Below are positions 9,020 to 18,810 of a stretch of DNA of 64,000 nucleotides, in pieces. The position numbers and the translations under genes are program-made. The stretch is from Acidobacteriota bacterium (GTDB lineage: Bacteria > Acidobacteriota > UBA6911 > RPQK01 > JAJDTT01): assembly GCA_965263035.1 (NCBI GenBank), contig OZ253580.1, positions 3,232,001-3,296,000 of the forward strand. Reading direction: 5' to 3'. The notes under the pieces are model-generated. The model saw only the letters and a program-made list of their open reading frames with translations. It did not search any database and was not told the DNA's origin. The number at the start of each line of letters is the position of its first letter. The first letter of the stretch is position 1.

Positions 9020-10813
9020 ATGACGTTTGAGATCGCCTTCATGTTGGGCTTGATTGCGGTCGCGCTGGTCGTGTTCTCGCTGGAGATCTTTCCCATTGAA
9101 GTGACGGCGGTCGCTCTCCTGGGAGTCCTCTTGGTCACTGGAACCCTCACTGCGGAACAGGCCGTTTCGGGGTTCAGCAACAAGGCGGTGGTCACCATAG
9201 CCGCCATGTTCCTCCTGAGTCACGCCCTGGTGAAGACCGGTATTCTGGAGGTGGCCGCCGATCGGCTCAGTCGCCGGGTGGGGACCCGGAAATGGCTGGG
9301 AATGTGCATTTTCCTGGGCGTGGCCGGTATTCTCTCCGGGTTTCTGAACAACACTGCGGTGGTGGCGGTCTTCATTCCCCTGGCCATCAGCCTGTGCCGC
9401 CGGTTCCACCTGAGTCCCAGCAAGGCCCTTATCCCACTCTCCTTTGCCTGCATGGCCGGCGGAACCCTGACCTTGGTGGGGACCTCCACGAATCTGATCG
9501 TCAGCTCCGTCGCTGAGAGGGCCGGTCAGGCTTCTTTCGGAATGTTCGAGTTCTTTCCTCTGGGTATCTTGCTGTTGGGCGCCGGACTGATCTACGTCTG
9601 TCTCCTCTCCCGGCGCCTTCTCCCCTCCCGCTCCACCCCCGTCTCCCTTGCCGGGAACTACCACATGGGCGCCTACCTCACCGAAGTCCGGGTCCGGGAG
9701 AAGTCGAAACTCGCCGGAAGGACCTGCCTGGAAGTCGGCATGAACAAGCATTATGACATCATCGTGCTGTCGATCCTGAGAGGCGGTCAGCATGTCTCCC
9801 ACAATATTCGAAACGAGCGTCTCGGAGTCGGCGACATCCTTATCGTCCGCGGGACCATCGACAACATCTTCCGGCTGCGAACGGAATTGGGGCTGGCCCT
9901 GCTCTCGGACATCAAGCTCAACGATCGGGAATTGGCCCGGGAAGGGCAACTCATGGCCGAAGGCCTGGTCACCCGCACCAGCTCCCTGATCGGCAAGACC
10001 TTGAAGGAAGCCGACTTCCGCCAGCACTATCGGGCCTTCGTGCTGGCCGTCCGGCGCCATGGGGAGATCTTGAGGAACAAGATTTCAAATATCCCCTTGC
10101 GTTTTTCCGACACGTTGCTGATGTTGGCTTCCCCCGACAGGCTCGACGATCTTCGACGTTCCGATGACCTCATCGTCATCTCCCAGGTCGATCTCCACAT
10201 CAGAAGAGGCCGCCTATGGTGGTTGGTCCTCGTCCTGATTCCGGTGATGGTGGTCCTGGCCGCCCTGGGCGTGATGGAGATTCTGAAGGGAGCCTTTCTG
10301 GCGGTGGTGCTGCTCCTTTTTCTTTCCATTCTCTCTCCGCAGGAGGCCTACCGGTCCATCGACTGGTCGGTCGTGGTCCTGATCGCGTCGTTGATTCCCG
10401 TGGGCGAGGCCATGGTCGAAACCGGCACGGCCGGCTACATCGCCGACCAGATCCTGATTGTGGTCTCGCTCTTCGAGGGGTCGGACCTGGCCCCCTACGT
10501 AGGAGTGGGGCTGATCTACCTGGTCACCTGCGTCCTGACTCAGGTGGTGTCCAATGCGGCCACCGCCGTCTTGATGCCGCCGGTGGCTCTGAGCCTGGCT
10601 GCCGCCTTGGGCGTGGACGCGAGACCCTTTCTGATGGCGACCTGCTTTGCCGCGTCGTCGGCGTTTCTCACCCCCATGGGCTACCAGACCAATCTCATGG
10701 TCTATGCACCGGGAAACTACCGGTTCCTGGACTACACTCGATTCGGCGGTCCCTTGAGTCTGGTCTTCTGGGTCATGGCGACGGTGTTCATTCCCCGATT
10801 CTGGCCGTTCTAA
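9020..10813 (+). CDS. SLC13/CitMHS-type permease with TrkA-C (RCK_C) domains
   Basis: Multiple TM helices, FLNNTA, TLVGTSTNL, SNAATA and TPMGYQTNLMV motifs, central soluble RCK_C repeats. Confidence 0.92.
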   Translation: MTFEIAFMLGLIAVALVVFSLEIFPIEVTAVALLGVLLVTGTLTAEQAVSGFSNKAVVTIAAMFLLSHALVKTGILEVAADRLSRRVGTRKWLGMCIFLGVAGILSGFLNNTAVVAVFIPLAISLCRRFHLSPSKALIPLSFACMAGGTLTLVGTSTNLIVSSVAERAGQASFGMFEFFPLGILLLGAGLIYVCLLSRRLLPSRSTPVSLAGNYHMGAYLTEVRVREKSKLAGRTCLEVGMNKHYDIIVLSILRGGQHVSHNIRNERLGVGDILIVRGTIDNIFRLRTELGLALLSDIKLNDRELAREGQLMAEGLVTRTSSLIGKTLKEADFRQHYRAFVLAVRRHGEILRNKISNIPLRFSDTLLMLASPDRLDDLRRSDDLIVISQVDLHIRRGRLWWLVLVLIPVMVVLAALGVMEILKGAFLAVVLLLFLSILSPQEAYRSIDWSVVVLIASLIPVGEAMVETGTAGYIADQILIVVSLFEGSDLAPYVGVGLIYLVTCVLTQVVSNAATAVLMPPVALSLAAALGVDARPFLMATCFAASSAFLTPMGYQTNLMVYAPGNYRFLDYTRFGGPLSLVFWVMATVFIPRFWPF

Positions 10814-10854
10814 GGCCGTACTTGACTTGGCCGCGAACTTCCCGGAGGTCCTCA

Positions 10855-13122
10855 ATGCGCGTCCGTAGAAACTGTGGAGTCGTATTTCTGATCCTGTGGT
10901 GCGGTTGGCCTCCGGTCGAGAGCGCTCCGGAGAATCCTCCGGGGATGTTGGGATTTTCCCCCGGTGCGGTCGAGGAGCAGCGGCGCCTGGAATCCAAAAT
11001 GGACGCTGCCCTGGATCCGGCGCAGATTGGAGACTGGATTCGAAGACTCAGTTCCCGCCCGCACCATACCGGTTCCCCCAAGGGCCGGGAAAATGCCCAA
11101 TTCATGGTTTCCCTGTTTCGCTCCTGGGGGTATGAGAGCTGGTTGGACGAATACCGGATCCTCTTTCCGACACCCAAGCTCCGCCGGTTGGAGATGCTGG
11201 AGCCCACGCCTTTCCGTGCCCGCCTGGTCGAACCCGCGCTGGCGGAGGATTCCACCTCCAACCAGTCGTCGGAGCAGTTGCCCGCCTACAACGCCTATTC
11301 GCCGGACGGGGAGGCGACCGGCCAGCTGGTCTACGTCAACTACGGGATACCGGCCGACTACGAGCAGCTGGAGCGCCGGGGCATCCAGGTCAAGGACCGG
11401 ATCGTCATCGCCCGCTACGGTGGTTCCTGGAGGGGGCTCAAGCCCAAGCTGGCGGCCGAGCAGGGAGCGCTGGCCTGCATCATCTATTCCGACCCCAGAG
11501 ACGACGGATACTTCCAGGGTGACGCCTATCCCAGGGGTCCCTTTCGCAGTGAAGATGGAGTGGAGAGGGGATCGGTGCTCGACATGCCGATCCATCCCGG
11601 CGACCCGCTGACCCCCTTCACGGCGGCGACCGAGGACGCCGACAGATTGTCCCGAAGCGAAGCGCCCACGCTGCCTCGAATTCCGGTCCTCCCCATCTCC
11701 CATGAAGACGCCCTGCCCCTGCTGAGTGCCCTGGAGGGTCCGGTGGCTCCTCCCCACTGGCGCGGCGCCCTGCCCATCACCTACCACCTGGGTCCGGGTC
11801 CGGCCACGGTGCGCCTCAAGCTGGAGTTCAACTGGGACCTGGTTCCCGCCTACAACGTCATCGCCAAGCTGGAAGGCCGAGAAGAGCCGGATCAGTGGAT
11901 CCTCCGCGGGAACCATCATGACGCCTGGGTCCACGGCGCCAGGGACCCGGTGAGCGGCGTGGCCGCCATGCTGGCCGAGGCCCGAGCGGTGGCCAGCCTG
12001 ACCGAAGACGGGTGGCGTCCTCGCCGCAGCATCGTTTACGCCGCCTGGGACGCCGAGGAGCCGGGTCTGATCGGCTCCACCGAGTGGGCGGAGGAGTACG
12101 CCGACGAGTTGAAGGAAAAGGCCGTCGTTTACGTGAACAGCGACTCCAATGGCCGTGGGTTCCTGAGTGCCGGAGGCTCCCACAGCCTGGAGACGCTGGT
12201 CAACCAGGTCGCGAGGGACGTCGATGATCCCCAGACGGACCTGAGCGTCCTGCAGCGTGCCCTGGCCCGGCGAACGGTCTCCATCGATCCGCTACCGCTG
12301 GCACCGGTGGAGCGGGTGAAGCTGGGAGCCTTGGGATCGGGTTCCGACTACACTCCGTTTCTCCAGCACCTTGGAGTCGCCAGCCTCAATCTGGCTTTCG
12401 GCGGCGAGTCCCCCCAGGGCTCCTATCATTCCCTCTACGACTCCTTCGACCATTACCGCCGTTTCATGGATCCGGGATACCGCTACGGCGTCGTCCTGGC
12501 CCAGGTGGCCGGCAGAACCGTGCTTCGGCTGGCCAACGCCGAGATACTGCCGTTGGAGTTCACTCGCCTGGCTGCCACTTTGGAGGGTTATCTGAAAGAG
12601 GTCATGGATCTGGCCGGCGAAATGCGCCGCGGAACCGAAGCCCTGAACCGTTGGATTCTGCGCGGATATCTGAAGGCGGCATCAGATCCGACCCAGACTT
12701 ACGTGGCTCCGGCGCCTCAGAACGCCGTTCCCTTCGTCAACTTCGCGCCGCTTCGAAACGCCATGGCCGGGCTTCAGGCCAGCGCCCGCAAGTATGCCGA
12801 GGCTTACGGCCGGTTCGCGTCCGCAGGCATGCTTCCAGAGGCGGAACGGTTGAAGCTGAATCGGATCCTGATGGGACTGGAGCAGAAATTCGCCCACCCG
12901 GAAGGGCTGCCGGAGCGCCCCTGGTACCGGCACCATATCTATGCGCCGGGCTTCTACACCGGCTACGGCGTCAAAACCCTGCCCGGAGTTCGAGAGGCCA
13001 TCGAGCAACGGAAATGGGAACAGGTAGAGGCCCAGATCGAACGGGCGGCCGGCTTGATCCGGGCCTACTCCGGCGAGGTCGAGCGGGCGGCTAGTTTGCT
13101 GGCGTCCCGTCCTTCACGTTAG
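10855..13122 (+). CDS. M28 family peptidase, glutamate carboxypeptidase II-like (PA and transferrin-receptor dimerisation domains)
   Basis: GNHHDAW, WDAEEPGLIGSTEW, GSGSDY, YHSLYD, RPWYRH motifs and a signal peptide. The TAG stop overlaps the end of repeat A. Confidence 0.93.
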   Translation: MRVRRNCGVVFLILWCGWPPVESAPENPPGMLGFSPGAVEEQRRLESKMDAALDPAQIGDWIRRLSSRPHHTGSPKGRENAQFMVSLFRSWGYESWLDEYRILFPTPKLRRLEMLEPTPFRARLVEPALAEDSTSNQSSEQLPAYNAYSPDGEATGQLVYVNYGIPADYEQLERRGIQVKDRIVIARYGGSWRGLKPKLAAEQGALACIIYSDPRDDGYFQGDAYPRGPFRSEDGVERGSVLDMPIHPGDPLTPFTAATEDADRLSRSEAPTLPRIPVLPISHEDALPLLSALEGPVAPPHWRGALPITYHLGPGPATVRLKLEFNWDLVPAYNVIAKLEGREEPDQWILRGNHHDAWVHGARDPVSGVAAMLAEARAVASLTEDGWRPRRSIVYAAWDAEEPGLIGSTEWAEEYADELKEKAVVYVNSDSNGRGFLSAGGSHSLETLVNQVARDVDDPQTDLSVLQRALARRTVSIDPLPLAPVERVKLGALGSGSDYTPFLQHLGVASLNLAFGGESPQGSYHSLYDSFDHYRRFMDPGYRYGVVLAQVAGRTVLRLANAEILPLEFTRLAATLEGYLKEVMDLAGEMRRGTEALNRWILRGYLKAASDPTQTYVAPAPQNAVPFVNFAPLRNAMAGLQASARKYAEAYGRFASAGMLPEAERLKLNRILMGLEQKFAHPEGLPERPWYRHHIYAPGFYTGYGVKTLPGVREAIEQRKWEQVEAQIERAAGLIRAYSGEVERAASLLASRPSR

Positions 13123-13449
13123 CAGCCCGTGGCAAAAGTCGTCGCGGCATTCGACCGGGTCTGCATCGTGCGCGGACTGCGTTGCGCCTCGGTCACATAG
13201 GAGTCTGCGCGGTAGAAATGATCGTAGCGAGAAAGTGGGGAATCGAGGCCAGATTTTCTCGATTTGGAGGTGCATAGTTGTTCTATTCGCCGAGAAATCG
13301 GGGAAATATGGACCGATTCTACCGCTTTCGCAGTAGATCAATTTCTGCGGCGCAGGCTCATAGGGTCGAATATGCTCCCTCACCGCGCCTTGCCCGGCGG
13401 GCGCAGCCCCGGTCTCGGTGCTACGCGGGACTTTCACCACGGACTGCTA
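13120..13449. mobile_element. Family A element interrupted by a nested family B element
   Basis: A left arm 13120-13199 and A right arm 13361-13449; both TIRs intact. Confidence 0.9.
13198..13362. mobile_element. Family B element nested in A
   Basis: TAGGAGTCTGCGCGG ... GCGCAGGCTCATA; reverse complement of 6708-6872, with TA at both junctions. Confidence 0.92.
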
Positions 13450-14815
13450 TGACGTCGTGGAGGACCTTGCCTCCCACGTCGGTGAGGCGAAAATCCCTCC
13501 CGCTGTAACGATAGGTCAATCGCGTGTGGTCCAATCCCAGGAGATGCAGGATCGTGGCATGCAGGTCGTGGGGATGGACAGGATCTTCCACGGCCTTGTA
13601 TCCGAAATCATCGGTGGCGCCGTAAGTGCAGCCACCTCGAATTCCACCTCCGGCCAGTAGCGTGCTGTAGCCGTACACGTTGTGGTCGCGGCCCTTTCCG
13701 ATCTTCTCCAGGCCGCTGTTCTGGATCATGGGAGTGCGGCCGAACTCGCTGCCGACGATGACCAGGGTCTCCTCGAACAGGCCGCGCAACTTCAGGTCAT
13801 GGACCAGGGCGGCGATGGGACCGTCCGCTACCCGGGCCAGCCTGCGGTGGTCCTGGATGTCGTCATGGCTGTCCCAAGGTTGGGAGCTTCCGTAGAAGAC
13901 CTGGACCATTCGAACTCCCTGCTCCACCAGTCGAAGGGCCATGAGGCAGCCGCGGCCGAAGTCGCTGTCGCCGTACCTTGAGCGTGTGGACTCCGTCTCC
14001 CTGGTGATGTCGAAGACATGGGGTACTTCCATCTGCATCCGGAAGGCCACTTCCATGGCGGCGATGCCGGACTCCAGTTCCGGCTGGTGACCGAGACGTC
14101 CCAGATAGGAGCGGTTGAGTTGGGTCAACAGAGCCAGTTGCCGCTCCTGCTCGCGGGGGAGCAACCTCTGGTTCCGAACGTTCTGGACCAGCTTTTCCGG
14201 CGACGTCTCGCTGTTGCGAACGTGGGTCCCCTGGTAGGCGTTGGGAAGGAAACCGGAAGACCAGAGGGGAGGGCCCACGATGGGATTACCGGGACACAAC
14301 ACCACGAACCCAGGCAGATTCTCGTTCTCGGAGCCCAGTCCGTAGGTGATCCATGAACCCATGGAGGGGTGACCGGGGAGTTGGTGTCCACAACTCATGA
14401 GGAGAAGGGAGGGCTCGTGATTGCCGATGTCCGAATGCATGGAGCGGATGACGCAGAAATCGTCGATGGAATCGCCCACTCGCGGGAAGATCTCCGAGAT
14501 CGGGATTCCGCTCTCGCCGCAGCGGCGAAATCCAAAGGGAGATCTCATCAGGGTGCCCGAGGCCCGGTCGGTCCTGACTTTGGGGCCGGGGAGCGGTTCG
14601 CCGTGGTGGCGAGCCAACGCCGGTTTGGGGTCGAAGGTATCGACCTGGGAAAGACCGCCATTGAGGAAGAGAAAGATGACGTGCTTGGCCCGGGGCGGGA
14701 AATGGGGATTCCGGAGGGACAGAGGCTGGTCGCGGGATGGTTCTGCCAGGAGACTGGACATTCCCACCGTACCGAACCCGGTCCCCATGAGAGACAGCAG
14801 CTCACGTCGGTTCAT
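13421..14815 (-). CDS. DUF1501 family protein (Tat-like RR N-terminus)
   Basis: MNRRELL, AKHVIFLFLNGGLSQVDTFDPKP, WDSH, SEFGRTP, GRDHN, DLHATILHLLGLDH. Confidence 0.92.
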   Translation of the reverse strand: MNRRELLSLMGTGFGTVGMSSLLAEPSRDQPLSLRNPHFPPRAKHVIFLFLNGGLSQVDTFDPKPALARHHGEPLPGPKVRTDRASGTLMRSPFGFRRCGESGIPISEIFPRVGDSIDDFCVIRSMHSDIGNHEPSLLLMSCGHQLPGHPSMGSWITYGLGSENENLPGFVVLCPGNPIVGPPLWSSGFLPNAYQGTHVRNSETSPEKLVQNVRNQRLLPREQERQLALLTQLNRSYLGRLGHQPELESGIAAMEVAFRMQMEVPHVFDITRETESTRSRYGDSDFGRGCLMALRLVEQGVRMVQVFYGSSQPWDSHDDIQDHRRLARVADGPIAALVHDLKLRGLFEETLVIVGSEFGRTPMIQNSGLEKIGKGRDHNVYGYSTLLAGGGIRGGCTYGATDDFGYKAVEDPVHPHDLHATILHLLGLDHTRLTYRYSGRDFRLTDVGGKVLHDVIAVRGESPA

Positions 14816-14910
14816 GTTGGGCTCCTCCCAATCCAACGGTACAAGAATCTTCCCGGATCGTCAGTACCGCGCCGTTCATTTCCGACCATCCCCGGCTGGT
14901 TTCGTCCATC

Positions 14911-17610
14911 TCAGTTCACCGAACTGAACTCGCTGGACGCCAACAACATTTGAGCGTATTTGGGCCAGGGATCTTTTTCTCCCTCCAGATATTCCAGACC
15001 CATGCGGATCTCGTCCGGTTCCGGGGGACGCCCGTACAACAGGCTGTAGGCCCGCCGGATCCGGGCTCGGCCGCCTTGGGGCGACTCTCTGGCCAGGCGC
15101 CTGGCCAGGGCTTCCGCCTGCTCCATGACGAAGGGGCTGTTCAGAAAGAAGAGCCTCTGCATGGGGCCGACGGTGACGGATCGTCGATCGCTGTGGGCAT
15201 TGGGATCGGGAAAATCGAACAGGGCCAGGGTTCGGTCGGGTTGAGTCCGGCTGACGGTGGCGTACAGAGTACGGCGCCGGTGTTTTTCGTCCAGTGGGGC
15301 CGGCGGTCCGCCCGGCTTCCGATCCAGTTTCCCCGACACGGCCAGAATCGTGTCCCGCAAGGCTTCCGCATCCAGCCTCGGGACCGGGTTCATCCGCCAC
15401 AGAAGCCGGTTTTGCGGATCCTTCTCGAAGTTCTCCTGCCGGTGCCGGCTACTCATGGCATAGGTGGACGACAGCATGATCTCCCGGTGGAGCTGTTTGA
15501 CGGACCATCCGCTTCGAATGAAACGCGCCGCCAGATAGTCCAGCAGCCGGGGATGGCTCGCCGGTTCTCCCAATCTTCCCAGATTGCTTGGCGTCGGGAT
15601 GATCCCGCTTCCAAAGTGGTGCTGCCAGATTCGATTGACCATGACTCGCGCGGTCAGGGGATTCCGGGAATCGGCAATGGCTCTCGCCAACTCCAGGCGG
15701 CCACTGCCGCCGCCGAAGTTTTTGGGTGTCCCGTCGCTCACAATGTGGAGGAATCGTCTGGGAGCCACCTCTCCCAGGTTCTTCTTGTCGCCCCGGATGG
15801 CGATTCGGAGATCCTCCGGTTTCTCCTGATCCTGATAGCTGTGGAGAAAGGGATAGGGCTCGGGCCCCGACTCCTCCAGACGCTTCAGCTCGGCACGCAT
15901 CCGGTCCAGGTGACCCTTCCAAACGGGGCTGAGAAAGCGATCGATCTCCAGCCCCTCTTCCGCGCCGTAGTAGAAAACTCCACCCGGGAACCTGAAGCTC
16001 CCTCTGGGATGGGGCTCCGACGCCAAATCTCTCCACAGGTACCACTTCTCCAGGTCAAGGAACTCCAGGTTGGTGAATTGACGGGTGCCCTGGTCGGCAA
16101 CTCCTTTGGCCCCGCCCAACTTCACGTAGTTTCGATCCTCGATGGCCTTCTTCTCGGAGTCGACGGCCAACACCACGTCCTGAAAGCGGCGCGAGAGATC
16201 GTTCACCTTTTGGAGAATTCCTCCCTGGCTCCGCAGCTCTTCCCATTCGCGAAGGTACGGGTGTTCCAGATCCGTTCGCCCAAGATACTTGACCCAGCGC
16301 TCCAGAATCTCCGAGTCCAGATCTACCGACGGCGGCAGTGGGTTCTCCTTCATCACCTTCCAGGCGGCCACCATGTAGTCGGAGGTCCGTCCCATCAGGA
16401 TTTCCGCCAGTTGCTGCGACTGAGACTTGATGAAGGCCTGGATCGCTTCCTTCTGGGCGTTGATCCGCTCCTGGCTCTTCTTGTAGGCCTGGACGATGGA
16501 GTCGGCCACCAAGGGGTGTTCCGCGGCTTTGCTACTGGTGAACACACCCTTCAGGGAATAGAAGTCCTGGGTGGGGATGGGATCGTACTTGTGGTCGTGG
16601 CAGCGGGCGCACCCCACGGTCAGTCCCAGAAAGGTTCGGGCCGTCACGTCCACCAGATCGTCCAGGTTGGGAGCGACGACGAGGAAGCCCAGGCCCGCAA
16701 GCAATTCCTCCCGGACTTCGGGCGGCAGTTGATCGGCCGCCACCTGGGCCAGGACGAATTGATCGTAGGGCAGATCCCGGTTGAAAGCCTCGACCACCCA
16801 ATCCCGATAGCGGAAGGCGTTGGGATAGGGAGTGTCTGTCCGGGCTCCCAATCTGCCGTCGGAATACCGGGCGAGGTCCAGCCAGTGCCGGCCCCAACGC
16901 TCGCCGTAGTGACGGGAGCCGAGGAGTCGCTCCACGACCCGGGAGAATGCGTTCGGGGAGGTGTCGCCGACGAAGGCCTCCACCTCTTCGGGCGTGGGCG
17001 GAAGTCCGATCAGGTCGAAGCTGGCTCTCCGGATGAGCGTTCGCCTGTCGGCGGCCCCGACGGGAGCCAGACCCTCTTTTTCCAGTCTGTCCAGGACGAA
17101 ATAATCGATGGGGCTTCGAGGCCGGGAGGTGGAGGTCACCGGGGGAGGATTCGTCACCTGAAGCGGCCGGAGCGACCAGAAGGCACGCTGTTCGGGGGTA
17201 ACGGTGTAAGTGGCGGCCGGCGCCGAGGCGATCAGCTTGTCTCCGGTATCCGGCCAGACCGCTCCGGCGTCGATCCAACTGCGTAGATCCTCGACCTTCT
17301 GGTCGCTGAGTTTCCCCTGGGGCGGCATCTGCAGCTGCTCATGGGTGTGGGAGACGACCCGGATCAGAAGACTGGCGGCGGAGTTCCCCGGTCGGATGGC
17401 GGGGCCTGAACTCCCTCCGCGAACCAGTTCCTCCCGCGAATCCAGTCGAAGATCTCCCTTTCGGGCGCTGGTGTGACAGGCGTAACAGTTTTCGGCCAAC
17501 AGGGGCCGAATGCGCAGCTCGAAGTATTCGGCGGCGACCGGATCGGAGCCGCACAAAGGCAGAGCCGAAGCCAGCCAGGTTCCGATCGCCAGTAAGACCC
17601 GAATGATCAT
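14911..17610 (-). CDS. Planctomycete cytochrome c plus DUF1549/DUF1553 (PSD1/PSD2) protein
   Basis: CYACH and CARCH haem-type motifs, YGERWGRHWLDLARYSD, NPLTARVMVNRIWQHHFG. Confidence 0.92.
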   Translation of the reverse strand: MIIRVLLAIGTWLASALPLCGSDPVAAEYFELRIRPLLAENCYACHTSARKGDLRLDSREELVRGGSSGPAIRPGNSAASLLIRVVSHTHEQLQMPPQGKLSDQKVEDLRSWIDAGAVWPDTGDKLIASAPAATYTVTPEQRAFWSLRPLQVTNPPPVTSTSRPRSPIDYFVLDRLEKEGLAPVGAADRRTLIRRASFDLIGLPPTPEEVEAFVGDTSPNAFSRVVERLLGSRHYGERWGRHWLDLARYSDGRLGARTDTPYPNAFRYRDWVVEAFNRDLPYDQFVLAQVAADQLPPEVREELLAGLGFLVVAPNLDDLVDVTARTFLGLTVGCARCHDHKYDPIPTQDFYSLKGVFTSSKAAEHPLVADSIVQAYKKSQERINAQKEAIQAFIKSQSQQLAEILMGRTSDYMVAAWKVMKENPLPPSVDLDSEILERWVKYLGRTDLEHPYLREWEELRSQGGILQKVNDLSRRFQDVVLAVDSEKKAIEDRNYVKLGGAKGVADQGTRQFTNLEFLDLEKWYLWRDLASEPHPRGSFRFPGGVFYYGAEEGLEIDRFLSPVWKGHLDRMRAELKRLEESGPEPYPFLHSYQDQEKPEDLRIAIRGDKKNLGEVAPRRFLHIVSDGTPKNFGGGSGRLELARAIADSRNPLTARVMVNRIWQHHFGSGIIPTPSNLGRLGEPASHPRLLDYLAARFIRSGWSVKQLHREIMLSSTYAMSSRHRQENFEKDPQNRLLWRMNPVPRLDAEALRDTILAVSGKLDRKPGGPPAPLDEKHRRRTLYATVSRTQPDRTLALFDFPDPNAHSDRRSVTVGPMQRLFFLNSPFVMEQAEALARRLARESPQGGRARIRRAYSLLYGRPPEPDEIRMGLEYLEGEKDPWPKYAQMLLASSEFSSVN

Positions 17611-17623
17611 GGGTTTGAATGCC

Positions 17624-17653
17624 AAATTACCAGTGCCCTGGAGAACCTGTCAA
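17624..17653 (-). promoter_or_regulatory. Putative sigma70 promoter TTGACA-18-TAATTT (with TG extension)
   Basis: Consensus -35 on the minus strand upstream of the PSD1 gene. Confidence 0.55.
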
Positions 17654-17733
17654 CGGGCGGCGAGGAGTGAGAAACGGCAGGATGGCAGGTTCGGGAACGA
17701 CCTCCGGAGTCGTCCGCGTCCACTACGGCCGGG

Positions 17734-18651
17734 TCAGACCGCTGCGGTGATCCGGAGCTTGGGAACGTTCACCATCACCTTGGACCCGGGAGGAACGCTG
17801 GAGATGATCCAGACGTTTCCACCGATGATGGAGTCTCGACCGATGACCGTGTTGCCTCCGAGAATGGTGGCCCCGGAATAGATCACCACGTTGTCCTCAA
17901 TGGTGGGATGGCGCTTCTTCCCGCGGGCTGCGGCGGCCCCTTCGGGAAAGCTCAGCGCCCCCAGCGTCACACCCTGGTAGAGCTTGACGTTATTTCCGAT
18001 CTCGGTGGTCTCGCCGATGACGACGCCGGTGCCGTGATCGATGAAGAAGCGGCGGCCGATGAGAGCGCCGGGGTGGATGTCGATACCCGTTTCGAGGTGG
18101 GCATACTCGGTCATGATCCTGGGAATCAACGGTACGTTGAACCGGGTCAGCTCGTGGGCGACCCGGTAGACGCTGATGGCCTTCATGGCGGGATAGCTGA
18201 GAATGATCTCGTGGGTGCTCCTGGCCGCCGGATCGCCGTCCATGGCAGCCTCCAGGTCCAGTCCCAGGAGACGCCGGAGCCGCGGCAGCAGCTGGAGGAA
18301 CCTCAGGCAGAGTTCTTCCGCACGCTCCTCGCTTCCGGCCGACTCGGCCCCGGATTCCAGGCGCAGCGCCTTGCGGATCTCCTGTGAAAGCCGACGGTAC
18401 ACCACGTCCACCAATTCGCCGAGGTACTGCTCCACACCACGTTCGGTGACCGAAACGTGCCCGAAGTAGCCGGGGAAGAGGATCATTCGAATCTTTCCCA
18501 GGACCTCCACCACCACCCGTTCGTTGGGGAAGGGCGTCTCCCCCAAGTGCTGGAGCTTCAGACTGTTGTCCCGGTAGGTGCCGGCGACCTCTTCGACGAT
18601 CTTGGAAAGGGAGTGGCCACCTGGGGTGGTGGCGACGAATTTGGAACCCAT
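17734..18651 (-). CDS. cysE: Serine O-acetyltransferase
   Basis: [36 protein letters not shown] hexapeptide region. Confidence 0.93.
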   Translation of the reverse strand: MGSKFVATTPGGHSLSKIVEEVAGTYRDNSLKLQHLGETPFPNERVVVEVLGKIRMILFPGYFGHVSVTERGVEQYLGELVDVVYRRLSQEIRKALRLESGAESAGSEERAEELCLRFLQLLPRLRRLLGLDLEAAMDGDPAARSTHEIILSYPAMKAISVYRVAHELTRFNVPLIPRIMTEYAHLETGIDIHPGALIGRRFFIDHGTGVVIGETTEIGNNVKLYQGVTLGALSFPEGAAAARGKKRHPTIEDNVVIYSGATILGGNTVIGRDSIIGGNVWIISSVPPGSKVMVNVPKLRITAAV

Positions 18652-18774
18652 GACCCTGAATCCTCGCCGACAGTCTACTACGGCCTCGCGATCGCTGTCA
18701 GGATGTGGTCTCAGCTCGGGCCAACCGCGGTCAGGAGTGGCCGGTCCGGAGCCGCAGCGGCAGCAGCCTTCGTC

Positions 18775-18803
18775 TTGTCAGGTTGGAGGGGCCGGACTAT
18801 GAT
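18775..18803 (+). promoter_or_regulatory. Putative sigma70 promoter TTGTCA-17-TATGAT, leaderless
   Basis: Near-consensus hexamers; ATG 18811 lies 7 nt after the -10. Confidence 0.7.
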
Positions 18804-18810
18804 CCGTTCC

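Noticed and set aside
10216-10854. Apparent 213-aa N-terminal extension of the M28 peptidase (likewise ORF-track extensions of pyrF, the PQQ protein, the acyl-CoA dehydrogenase and 59345-60787)
   Set aside because: The extensions overlap neighbouring genes in another frame. Signal peptides, promoters or family N-termini place the starts later.
14950-17286. Long antisense ORFs (also 37023-39107, 52240-53880, 7004-8386, 10852-12183, 46143-47486)
   Set aside because: Shadow frames of well-supported genes in high-GC DNA, with no recognisable motifs.
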